57,349 nt of DNA. Origin: Vicugna vicugna. Taxonomy: Eukaryota. The stretch is taken from assembly GCA_013265495.1 (NCBI GenBank), contig MU057801.1:2450301-2507649 (forward strand), in the 5' to 3' direction. The notes beneath the pieces are model-generated. The model ran no database searches and was not told the origin of the DNA. It was given only the letters and a program-made list of their open reading frames with translations. Positions within the stretch are counted from its first letter, which is position 1; every line of letters begins with the position of its first letter. This document shows positions 37,004 through 48,460 of this stretch, piece after piece. Made by a program: the position numbers and the translations under genes.

Positions 37004-38194
37004 AAATGCATATATATTCCACTTTGCCAGAATAACTCAGGGGGATAACTTGTTCCAAGGTGGCACATGTCAGCGGAGCCCAGGCTGCCCCGGTGAACAC
37101 GCACAAGCCGGGCACAGGGGCCGTCCAGGCGTGTGCTCGACGTCGTGTCGAAGGCATAGATTTGCATGAAATCTGACCCTGCTGTTAAAGGGCTGTGCGT
37201 CAGTGGGAAACAGGCTATAGTAAGATTTTATCCTTAGCTGAGCGTGGTAAAGCCTGAGCAGATGTGGCTCAGTTGGCCCTTGATAGAAATAAACTTCGGT
37301 CAAAGAGCTGACGGGGACGTGAGCCAGTGTCAGAGATCTGCCATCAGAAACCTCAGCCCCCCCACGAGCTTCCTCCCTGAGTCCTCCCGGTGGAAGTGGA
37401 GGAAGTGAAGCAGATGAGAACTTCCTGTCCCGAGAGAGGGTGGGAGGACTGACGTGACGGGGACGGCGGCAGCCCCCCCAAGCACTCGGCACTGCAAGTG
37501 CCCCCTCTCACAGTCTCCCCTCGACGGCCCTAGTGTGAGTGTGACAGCACGCCTGCTCCCCGCTCAGATGCTGACGGCCGATTGCGGTGCATTCGCGTTT
37601 GGTGCCTTCGGTGTTCTCTGTTCTCAGCCTCCTTAACCACTGTTTAATTAACGATTTCGCTGATGTGTTGGACTGTCCTCGTGTCTGGCATGTGTCTGTG
37701 AGGGACCTGACGGGGCCAGCGGCCCAGCTTCGCCTCTGCCCTGCCCCCTCCCAGGCACCTGACACCAGGTGCCCTTCCGGCTGGGCACCCCCCAGCCCCC
37801 CAACATCCCCTGCCCCCTTCTCCCTTCAAACTAATCAAACCAAACCCCATCTCTCCAGGGCCCCTCAGGTCACAGGGAGGGTGTTGGGGACCCAGACCGC
37901 ACGAGGCTTGGGTTGCTCTGACTGGTGGCTTAAATGCTGAGGCCCATGTGGCGGGGGCGGGGCACGAAGACTCAGGTGTCCCTCAGCAGACACTTGTACT
38001 GGTTCATCCTTAATCCAAAGCGGGGGTGAAGTGCTCTTCAGCCCTGACACCAAATCAGATGCAGCCAGGAGACGCTGCGGCACCACCCCATGAGCACGGC
38101 CACCGCGCTCCTGGCATTGGTCCCCAGCACGGCCTCTGAAGTGCACTGAGCTCTGGTCTAAGGACTTCCCATGTGAAGGAACTTAGTCTCCCCA

Positions 38195-38330
38195 AAACGA
38201 ATGTATGAGGCGGGCACAGTCATCGTCCCCACGTTACAGGCAGGGAAACAGGGGCACAAGCCACGCGATTTGCCCAAGACGTGTAGGTGGTTTGTAGCAG
38301 AGGCAGGTTTTGAAGCGAAGCTGTCCCAGC
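38195..38330 (-). mobile_element. MIR
   Basis: tatgaggcgggcacagtcatcgtccccacgttacaggcagggaaacaggggcaca...atttgcccaagac...gcagaggcaggttttgaa, the antisense MIR core. Confidence 0.75.
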
Positions 38331-41300
38331 TGCAGTTAGGGCGTCTGTGACCGGTGTCGGAGAATCCATGCCATGTCCTCGTCGGAGCCGCCGCGTGCGT
38401 CAAGCGCCTGCTGTGTGTCTGAGGCCCAGCGACGGGGGTGGAAGCGTACAGCACGGCCCTGTCCTGCCCTGTTCACAGGAACTTCCATTCTTACTAGGAA
38501 TTAAGGGCTTGCGTGGATTAGTGAATTCCTCAGGTGTGTTTAAAATCTGATGGTGTGAGGACGTGACTGCTCGCTGCCAGGTCAGGTTAGCAGCGGCAGC
38601 GTGGTGGGCGACGGGGCTCTCGACAGTGAGAGGAAGTTTTCTCAACAGAATACAACTTCTTAATCCCAGTTACAGTCTGGTGGAGACCCCAACAAGCAAC
38701 TCTGATGTGAAAAAATCTTGTATTTTGAACCACAAACCTTGAAATATTACTCAGGAAGTAATGACAATTTGGGGTCCCAAGCGCACCCCAAGATTGAATT
38801 TTGGGGTTTGTTGCGGGATCCTCTGGCCTAGAAGCCTCTGCAGAAAATCACTGTGGCGAAGGAAGTGATCATTAATGGCTGTGCTCATTCTGCCCCAAAC
38901 GCACCTTTTCCTGAGGCGCCTCGTGTCTCCAACGTCGGGCTTTCCCACGCGCCCCCACCTCCCGGCACAGCCAAGTCAGCACACGTCTTTCTGGTTTTCA
39001 GCACCAGCTGAGTAAATGAAACATCCCCACGGGGCCCCTGAAGTTGTGCGTCCTGCACGTGAAGGAGGAGCGGCCTGGACCAGAGCCCGCTGCCCAGACG
39101 TCCCGAGGGCGAGGGCAGGTGGCCGCAAAGAAGGAGGCAGTTTTTGCTGTCATCTTAAAAACGAATCATCACCGCTGTGGCCGCGCTGTGGACAAGCGTT
39201 CCCTCCCGCAATCCCGTGTTTGTGAATAGGACCTGGAAGTTCTAAATTGTCGCTGATTATTTGATTATCTCAGCTTGGAGCCGGCTGCGTAACGACTTCC
39301 CAGTAGGGTGCTGAGCTGCTAGTTCACAAACTCCTTCTGAACAAGCTTTTCAGGAAATTTGTAACAAATCCATTAAATTAAAATGGATCTGTGCTATATT
39401 GAGAGGTAACTGAACCATATGGGGCCCGTCCAAGTGATGCTCCTTTATTTCTTCCTCCAACCCAAAGAAGATCCCACGGACTCCTCTTCAGTGAGCGAGG
39501 CAAGCCCGACTCTTTCACCGTCAGGGCTGCTACCAGTAGCGCAGGGGGAAGTCAGATCTCTCACAGGATATGTTTGGAACGCCCTGTTTAATCAGGTATC
39601 TGTCTAGTCGTGGTCTAACTTTGCAGTGAGCTGGAAATCCTTCGCACGTGTAGACGCGTTTCTGAGTTGGGGTTCTCACTCTGAAGAAGCGCAGTCGCAA
39701 CTCTGGCTGCACTTCAGAACCGCCTGGGGGCTCTGAGAAACCCAGACGCCCGGGCCACACTCCAGGCCAGCTTGGTCAGAACGTCTAGCAGGGGACCCAG
39801 GCATCAGCGTTTCCTTTAAAGCCCCGTGAGGGCTTCCCCTGTGCTGCCCAGGGCAGTGGTTTTCAGCCCTGTGCATGCGGGAGCCTCACGGGAGGGCACA
39901 GTGGAGAAGACAGCTGTCCCCGCTCCCACCCCCAGGACCCCGTCTGTGGGGCTGGTTTGGGGCTGAGCATTCACTGTTGGCCTGGGAGTCACACTCTCCA
40001 GAGGCAGGACTGCAGGCCTGTTCAGAAAACCCGAGTCCGAGTCCCAGTAAATCAGGACATCTAAGTCTCATTTTCAACATCCGCAGAATGGGCACAGCAG
40101 TGAGTCCTGCCCACAGTCCTGAGAGAATCCAGTAGGACTTCTGCGCACAACCTTGGTAAAACTTCAGGTCTGCCGTATTTGGGGTCTTGCAACTGACAAT
40201 GAACAGGAACTCTTAAAGGATAATTTCCAAAAAGGTAACATAATGACCTGAATGCAAATGTAAACATGCATTTTTATTGACTTCATTAATTAATAAGATA
40301 CAAAAACAGGTTGAAAGTAGCATCTAAGAGCAGGAACGTGATCGGCCGTCAGGATGCTGACATGAGCTCCCTCAGAGAAGAAAAACCGAGTACTATTTCA
40401 GGCAGTAAAATGTAATGTTTGGAAAAAAACAGAATGTCGGGCTAATCCTCTCTTCAGGCTGGAGATCAAGTCCATCTCCACAGAGGAAAGGAACTTGCAT
40501 TGCTCTGAAGGGCACACACCTGCATCACGGTGGACGCAAAGCACCCGCCTCACCGCCTGTCGTCCACAAGCCCGCCTCTGTCTGCCGGGAACAGCAGGCC
40601 AGCAGGGACGGGGCCAGCGTGGAGTCGGACGCGCCTGCGGGCGGGCCCACACCGCCAGGGCCCCAGCGCAGGCCCTCGTGCACGGCAGCCCGCGCGAGGC
40701 CATCGGGAAAGGCCTGCAGACGGCTCCCGCCTGACGCCCCAGCGCGTGGGCTCTTCCCTCCGACTTCTCCTTCTGCCCGGGCGCCAGTCCCATCCACTAG
40801 ACAGCGCCTCCTTGGATCCCACTGGTAGGGTTATTTGTGCAAAATGGAAAACAATCAGCCATCTGAGGAAACCTAGAGCAAGCAGCACTTTCTTAAGTGG
40901 CTCCACACACATGCTCAAAACCTCTGACGGAAACGCGAGAGGAGGGACTGGAAAAGGAGGTGGAATCACGTAACACCGCTGCTCGTCACGGTAAAGGTGC
41001 TTTTTTGGCAGGCAGCTGTATACCTATCAGAGTATTTTCTAAAATAACTTAAAACCGTGAGAATCTAGGAAATCCGGAGACACTCGCCCACGCGTATCTG
41101 CAAATTCCTTTGGTGATGTCCAGCCCCAAGGCCCCGCTAACTGCGACTTCAACACAATTTATGGTTCCAGTCAAGGGCCTGATTGCATTTACTTTGCTGG
41201 TGACAGACTCAATTCATTTCCCCCAGGAAAAATGATGCATTAGCCATCAGGCTCCTGGTCCGGGGACAACACGTCTTCCCAGAGCCCTAGCTCTGCACCT

Positions 41301-42172
41301 GGGGCCCGGCCTGGGCTCCTGAGATGTCATCAGCAGCTGGTCAGGCGCCGGCTCGCCTGCGCGGAGGCCAGGGTGGTGCCCTCTGACCTGCCATCCCGGG
41401 GAACCGGCAGGACGTCTCTGTCAGCTGCAAAGCAGGTGCCTGATGAAGGAAGCCGGACAAGCATGGGAGGCCTGGCTTGTGGAACGGCCGGTTTCGGCAG
41501 GCTGGCGCACCGCTCACCGGGAGGACCGACGGGCTTGGACAGCGCGCGCGGGTCCGAGCCGGGAGGTGCGTGCAGACCGGCCGCCGTCCACCCTTGTCAG
41601 AGCTGGTCCTCACGGGAGCGCCCCCTCGGCCTCCCCCAGAGCATGTCAGCCCCGCACACGGCCACCTTGAAACCCACCCTCTGCAGACATCAGGTGAACC
41701 GGGTGCGGGAGCCTGTGCGCCGCGGGCCCGGGTGCTGCGGCTGCTGCTCTATCCGTGTCGGCGGCCGGTTTGGCCAGGGTGCTTGTGTGAGACGGAGTGG
41801 ACGTCTGGAATTTGTATGTTTTCTGGAGACAGAAAAGGAAAGCGCATGAGCAGAATCTGCCCAGCTGGCCACACATTTGGGGACCAAGGCCTCCCCTGAC
41901 CAAGAGGGGCCTGTGGATTCTCGGGCGAGGGCTGATCAGGCAGGTAAAGACACACGTCAGTGTCCAGAGCAGCCCACCCTCCCTGGGCTCCTCCCCGAGA
42001 GCTGGCTGCGAGGGGAGCCCGCGTGTGCGGAGCCGGGCCCGCGGCCGGGAAGACAAGCTGCGGCAGAAGCCCTGAGGGAAGGTCAGCAGTGGCCTGTGCG
42101 GCCTGTGCTCTGCCTGACTTTGCCACCTTGGGTCCCGGCGGTGGGTGCTTCCTTCTTTCGGAGACAAGTCTT

Positions 42173-42339
42173 TTTTTTTTTAAATCAAAGCTACTTAGCT
42201 TTGTCTTTATTTGGGGTTTTTTATGGGGGGGGTGTAGGTAATTAGGTTTATTTATTTATTTCAATGGAGGGACTGGGGATTGAACCCAGGGCCTTGTGCA
42301 TGCTAAGCACGCGCTCCATCACTGAGCTCTCCCCTCCTC
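42173..42339 (-). mobile_element. tRNA-derived SINE (Vic-1-like)
   Basis: ggtaattaggtttatttatttatttcaatggagggactggggattgaacccagggccttgtgcatgctaagcacgcgctccatcactgagct with a T-rich tail. Degenerate TSD ggagacaagtctt / gaagatcagtctt. Confidence 0.93.
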
Positions 42340-42991
42340 CTTGAAGATCAGTCTTGCTTTGACATCACCTCTGCTCCACTCTCTCTCCCCGTGGCAGTAA
42401 CTTGGAGGGGCTCCCCGATCATGAAACGCACTCACAAGCATGAACCTGAGAAACAAGACACGCCAGCAGGGCCCACCCACCTTCTCAGAAGCGACCTGAT
42501 GCCCTGGCTGTGGAAACTGGGCGCAAGTTTCAGGCAGATTCCTGGAGGTGCAACAGGACTGGGAGCAGAACTGGGTTTCCAGGGCTGGGACCCCTGAAGT
42601 CCCGCCCACGGAGGAGGACCCAGGGCCTGGGAGGGGAGGGGCTGCATCCCCCAGGCCCATGGCCCTCTCCTTGCAGACTTTCTGGGGCAGCACCAGGTCC
42701 GTGATCACAGGCCCCGCAGAGGGCACAGTCTGGGAGTGCCAGGGTCCTGGGGAGGCTGCCCGGAGTCACTGGGGAGGGACCGCGTGGGAGTCATGGGCAT
42801 GGTGAAGGCAGGGCTGATGGATGAGCCCGTTGGTAGTAAGCAATGTGCTCCGCCCCCGTCCGTCCCTGAGAGGTCCTTCTGACTGGTGACAAGGGGCTCC
42901 TGAGAAGCCCTTTCTCCTCCCTCACAGACGCGCAGCTTGACTCTGAGATCCGCCGGGTTAACAGCTGGGCCTCCGTGTGAGAACACGAGCC

Positions 42992-43030
42992 GACCAGTCA
43001 GAGGACCAGTCAGAGGACCAGTCAGAGGAC
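42992..43030. repeat. Perfect 12-bp tandem repeat (GACCAGTCAGAG) x3.25
   Basis: Identical units at 42992, 43004 and 43016. Confidence 0.95.
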
Positions 43031-43156
43031 GTACAGAGACGGGCCTGAAGGCAGCTCCGCGCTGCAGGGCCGCCCGTCCCTGCCCTCCCCAGGCCGCGGT
43101 GACACCCAGAGGGCTCGGAGTCAAGCTGCGCGTCTGCAAGGGAGGAGAAGGCGGAT

Positions 43157-43298
43157 TTAATGAGAAAGAACATGAAAATGAACACGTGTGTGTGCGTGAC
43201 TGGGACAGTGTGCTGCACGCCAGAAACCGACACGCTGTAACTGACGGTGCTTCAACCAGAACAAAGAGAAAACAAGAAACGAAAAAAGAATTTAAAAA
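43157..43298 (+). mobile_element. 5'-truncated L1 3' end (artiodactyl/camelid type) with degenerate poly(A)
   Basis: aatgagaaagaacatgaaaatgaa...gactgggacagtgtgctgcacgccagaaaccgacacgctgtaactgacggtgcttcaa, followed by an A-rich tail. Confidence 0.8.
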
Positions 43299-44329
43299 TG
43301 AGAGAGGATGAGGGGCTTCTGAATCCCAAGTTATTTTAATACAGGCCAGTCCTTCTCTTCCTTCGACTTGCCTGGAATCAGCTCCACAGGACAGACAGAC
43401 GGGGACCCACAGGCCCTGTTAAAACAACCACAAACCTGAAATCAGAAAAGGTATCAGGTGCACAGAGACAGACAGACTTCGGGGACCCTCCGAGTTCTAG
43501 TCTTTTCTGCCAGCGCAGCCCGGGAAGCGTGGTGAGTTCCCAGCTGTGGTGACACAGGTATGGCCAGGCTGCCCAACCCGTCCGGACCAGGAGGAAAGTG
43601 GGGGGACGGAGGACCAGGACCGGAGGCAGCACAGAGGAAACCAGAGAACCTTTCAGGCCAGAGACCATGAAGACCAGAGGAGCAAAGGAGGAAGGAAGCG
43701 GGGAAATCTAGCACCACCCTAAATACTCGGAGCATCGGGCACCCCTTCCTCCCCCTAGCAATCACAGCCCGCTGTCTGCTCTCAGGGCCGGGAGCGCTGC
43801 CTGGCGGGCAGACCCCACCTCGGGCGCCTTGGCTGCCTCGGCTGCCTCTCCACCGCCTGCCTGGACTCACAGTCTGGGGAGCGTTGAAGCTCCTACTGAG
43901 CTCCGGTCCCAAGGAAAACAAATCACAGTAAACACAGCGTGGGGGACCTGAGGTCGGGCGGGAGGTGGGGCCGTCAGTGATCCCGCCGTCTCTGGGCACC
44001 AAGGGCATCGTCCGCCTGTACCTGCAGCTGGGCTTCCCCGCGTGGCCTCCCTCCAAACACTTCCCTGACCTCAGCGCTGGGGGGAGCCCTTAGGAGTGAA
44101 ACCGACTCCACGGAAAGTCATTCCTCCCGGGGCTCCTTTCCGCCCTCTGTGCCGCAGCCCTGTCCTCGCCCGACGTCAGAATCCATCCTTTCTCTCCCTC
44201 GGACCCATTTCTTGTGTCTTTCTCACCAGTCTTGTCTCCACCTCCTGCAGGACGCTTTCGTCTTCACTGTGACCCAGCGCACTCGCTCTGCAAAGCGTCT
44301 GTGGCCCCGGGCCCTGCGGCCTTGCAGGC

Positions 44330-44790
44330 TGCAGCTTTGCCCTTCAGACCCCGCTGCCTGCCGGGGGAGCGGCGCCTGCTGCATTTCCCACGACACTGCG
44401 ATGCGTGCGACCTGCTCTCGGCGGCGGCGGCCCCTCGGAGCCAGGGGCCCTGCCCGCCCCTGCGTTTGTCCTCCGCCCACAGACGCCGAGTTCGGAGACG
44501 CCGCGCGTGACAGCGGGGACGGAGCTGAAGCCTTCGCCCCCCTCAGCTCCCTGGCGCGGATCCCACGTAAGAAACGGGCACAGGTCCCCAGACAGCCTGC
44601 GCGCCAGCGGCCCTGCAGGCTTCCCGGGGGCAGACGGCGCTCCGCAGCAGAACCTGCCGGCCCTGCGCCGCCGCCAGGGGACGCCGAGTCAGACAGCGCA
44701 GCTCCCGCACCTCCAGACACGCCCCTCTCAGCCCTGCCGCCCAGCCACCCGGCTCCGCGGGAAGGGGCCTTGTGCGCTGCTCCTCCTGCA
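44330..44790. other. CpG-island-like GC peak
   Basis: Dense CpG (cggcggcggcgg, cgccgcgcg, gcgccgccgcc). Confidence 0.4.
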
Positions 44791-45869
44791 GTGTGAAGAG
44801 AACTTGTGATCTTGTCGGGAGACGGCTAAGCCTGTAGAAATTAAAGAATCGTTGTTAACAGAGGGCCACGGTGTTGGCCTGTAGGAACCTCTCAGCTTCA
44901 CCCAAAGACGACTAGGAAAAGGACACTTTAAAAAGGTAAGACCTCCCTGGGTCGCATTTTGCAGCCCAAGGTCATGCTTGGGGAAGAGGGGGTCACAGAG
45001 GAGGCGGCCACAGACTCCTAAGGCCAGAGCTCACCCCTCCATCCTCCGCCTTCGGACAGGAGGGACTGCGCCCCCCGCAGCCGCAGGCCCCGGGGACACG
45101 CTCCGGCCCCGCGCCCGCCCTCTGCACGTGTCCTCGCGCTGGCCATTGGGAAGGGCTGCTCTGGACTCTCCAGGCTGGTTGCCCAGAGTGTTTTGAGGAT
45201 GCTGTCCAGGGACAGCCCGGACGCCCACCGCTCAGGCTTCGAGCCCTGGTGAGCGGGTGGTCTCTGCTCAGGGATCTGGGTTAGACCGTCAGGGAGTCCG
45301 GCCGCGAGGTCCTCGACTGGTCTGTGTGGGAGTCTGTCACCCCTTTCTGCCAACAGCAGAGCAAGAGAAAGCTGCGGTCAACTCCCCACCTCCCCCACCG
45401 AGCCTCCGCTGTTTCCTCCCTGAGATGAGGAAACGTGGCCTCCCAGGGAACAGGAGCCAAGGAGGAGCGCTGCCCCGGCTGCCACCAGCTCCGCTGTCTA
45501 GCTGCCCAGAAGAGGGTCTTCTCTAAGACGGGGTGGGGGGGCCTCCAGCCCAGAGTCCCCGGGCTTATTCCAGATTGTTCTGAAATAAACCCAGTGGGAG
45601 GAGCCCCACGTGCATGAGAAAGGAACTCAACTGGCAAGGGATGTGGTCTCAGGGAGAGCCAGCCCCCCCGGGACCCCTGCCCCGCGCTCGCTACAGCCCA
45701 GCAGCCCTGTCTCCTCGGGGAAATTCATAGAAAGAGCAAAACCCAGGAAACTCAGTTCCGCTGAGGCGGGAAGCCCCATAAAAAGACCGGCAGGACCCCT
45801 AGGCAGGGCCGCTGCTCTCCCGCCGGCACCATCCGGTTCCTTGGCCCAGAGGCTCTCTCTCACTTTTTG

Positions 45870-46311
45870 CCTCTAAAGCAGCTAACTTACACCTAGAATT
45901 CTATTGGTTCCCTGAGCTCACTTCTGATTGGTTGTTACTCTCACTTCTGATTGGTTGTTACTCTCACTTCTGACTGGTCCACTTCTCTAACTTCTGATTG
46001 GTCTATTTGTAGTACTTCATTTGCATGGAGCTTACTCCTGATTGGTCTATTTCTAAAAGCTTGTTCCTGATTGGTCAACTTCTGTTGTACTTTATTTGCA
46101 TATGATGTTGCAAAGTGTAAAACTGGCAGCCTATAAAGGCCTGTGTAACCCTGCAGACAGGGTCCAGAGGTTGAAGTGTGGTCTGTTTTCGGCTCTGTTT
46201 TCGGCATGCTGGGGTAATAAACCTGAGTTTTCCAGCTCTCTAAGTGTTGCTTGGCTTTTTGAAGGCGTTCAGGTTGCTGTCATATCTGAGTTGTGACACT
46301 GAGCTGTAACA
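45870..46311 (+). mobile_element. ERV solo-LTR-like element; 5' end uncertain, possibly TGTT at 45576
   Basis: U3-like array of CTGATTGG repeats, ATTTGCAT at 46019 and 46094, TATAAA at 46132-46137, AATAAA at 46216-46221, terminus TGTAACA at 46311. No primer-binding site or gag follows. Confidence 0.8.
45917..46010. repeat. 23-24-bp tandem repeat carrying inverted CCAAT boxes
   Basis: CTCACTTCTGATTGGTTGTTACT twice (45917, 45940), plus diverged units at 45963 and 45987. Confidence 0.9.
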
Positions 46312-47069
46312 CATTTTGTCGCAATATCGCCTTGTGGACATTTATCCCCTCGCCTGCAAAAGAACTGAAGTGCAGAAGAACACCCTTCATTCACGGGATG
46401 CTTTGAAATTCCGACATATTCCAGTCTCCGTCTTTTTCGCCCCGATGACTACCGCCCCAGGAGACCACCTTCCCCCCAAACACTGCCAGCACCAGCAGGG
46501 CTTCAGGCCTTCACGGGGACCTTCCCACAGCTGCAGTCTGTTTTTGCTTTATCCTCAGGCCGTGGACAGAGGCGGCGACTGCCCCAGGCAGTGGAACCCT
46601 CACCCCTTAAAAGAGGCCACGAGTAAGGGAGAAGGTCCCACGCCCGACAGTTTACGCCGTTCTTTCATTCCCCTCGGCGTTTGTCAAGCCGCAGGTTCTG
46701 TTCTTTAGCGCAGCCTTCTGCACGCCTGCTCTTCTCCCACATCCAGCGTGACCCCTCGCAAAAAGGGGGGGATTGCCGAGGCTCCTTTAGGGGTGATCGC
46801 AAAGGTGGGTTCTGCTTCTCCGGGGGGTGTGCGCAGGAACGCTCCTGGAGGCTCTTCAGTTTGGTTATAAACCCTTAAGTCATAATCACAGCACTGCAAC
46901 TTGCTTTAGCCTGAGCTGAGATTTTCAAAAATGTTGCAAAGCTGACACCTTTGGAGAATCAAATGAACTCCCCACCCAGCTCTCACTTTTCCCCAGAAAG
47001 TGTCCCACCCACTCCTCCCCACAACTAGCCGCTGGCCGACCGAAACTCTGCACCTGGTGCCCGTCACTG

Positions 47070-47500
47070 GTGAGGCAATTAAGGCGCAGGGATCATCCTG
47101 TGAGCAAAGCGTCGGAGGGAAATTATCCAAAAACTATTGCAATTTGGTGCTGTATTAGGAGCTTTTATGGAGCTTGGCGTGATGCAGGGCTTCTTCAGGA
47201 GGAGAACCTGCACCTCTAGGTGGACACCCCCCTCCCTCGAAACGCAGTGTTTAACCGGCCAGGCCTGGGGAATGAGCCTGCTTAGAAGTTCATATTTAAG
47301 CAAATGACCGAGGGATGGTTACTCATTTCATCCTTGGTTTTTCTGAGCTGTTGAGTCTTTGGTTAACAAAATGTTGGCCAGAAAGTGAGGCGTAGCAACG
47401 TCCCCCGTTTTCCACAAGAGCCGACCGCGCACAGCGTGGCTGTGTCTGGGCGTCTTTGCAATTCTGTTTGCCACTGACCATGGAGGGAGGAATTAACCTG
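47070..47500. promoter_or_regulatory. Candidate enhancer or conserved non-coding element
   Basis: Unique, AT-richer sequence with CAATTAAG, AAATTATC, TTTTATGG, TGTTTAAC, ATATTTAAGCAAAT and GAATTAAC. Confidence 0.4.
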
Positions 47501-47869
47501 ACCAAAGGGGAGCAGTGCCTCTGTCCCGTCCTGGGAGTTCACCCTGGGCCCTTGGCGTTTCCTGGGCAGAGGAGCCTCTGTTCTCCCTGGGGGTCCCCTG
47601 GGACCACACCTGGCATTGGTGCTAAGGAGGTGGCAGTTCTCCAGGAAGGTGGGTGTCTGGTTCTGGTGCCGTCCTGGCCTCGGGGACCGGCACAGGGCAG
47701 AGGGACCCCCCAGATCAGAGCAGTTTCCTGTCCACTCTTTGCTTCCTCATCCTCTGCCATGTAAACACTTAACCAGACAGAAGTGTTCTGGGACCCAAAG
47801 TCACGGCGACCCAAGCGAGCAGAGAGGTTGGCGCTGTCTGAATCGTGGCCTTTGTCTCCGCGGCGCCCG

Positions 47870-48460
47870 GAGGAGTGCGCTCTGAGGGCACACCTGCACG
47901 GACGGGACGTGCTATGTGGGCGTCCGGGCTTGACTTGTGGTGCAGCGATCATAACCTGTCGTGTGTGGCTTCACAGCACAAGAGGTGGGGGACGACCCGA
48001 TGAACCACATGTGGACGATTTCCCGAACGAGCCCTGGTGGAGCCGCGCTAGGTCACCACTAGGTTGTTACAAATATTAAAATTCGGCAGCCGAGGGCGTG
48101 TACATAGAGCACATGGGATGAAGAGCAATTCTCAGGATTTACTGTGAAGTTAAAAAAAGGAACGAAAACCAGGTCGGAGGGAATGTAAATAGGACACAGT
48201 ATTTTGCATAAAATGGAAAGGGAAACGTGAAAATGTCCCTGTATGTGAATCCATGAATCATCTTGTTTTGTTTTAGAAACGCTGGGAGGACACACCAGGC
48301 ATGCATTCTCTTGGTAACTATTCGTGGATATTCTGATAAAACAGCAGAAGGAGCCGAGGGGGACAGAGGGCGGGATTTTGACCGTGCAGTGCACATTCAT
48401 GCAATTTTAACATTTGAGCGATGTCAGTGTCTTACATGTTCTAAAAAGTTAAAAAACAGT
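47870..48460 (+). mobile_element. Old L1 3' end (L1ME/L1MC-like)
   Basis: ctcaggatttactgtgaagttaaaaaaagg...ctgggaggacacacca...ggtaacta...ttttgaccgtg...tttaacatttgagcgatgtcagtgtcttacatgttctaaaaa follows the old L1 3'UTR order. Confidence 0.6.

Noticed and set aside
39468..39595. Possible 128-nt exon (pyrimidine tract, AAGAAG acceptor, CAG/GTATCT donor)
   Set aside because: Weak donor, no recognisable peptide and no partner exons. It would need RNA-seq evidence.
45201..45216. Inverted repeat GCTGTCC-AG-GGACAGC
   Set aside because: A 7-bp stem is expected by chance several times in 57 kb, and no full RE1 is present.
45917..46080. Regularly spaced short repeats that superficially resemble a CRISPR array
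   Set aside because: The units are tandem with no unique spacers, the context is mammalian, and they sit in an LTR U3-like region.
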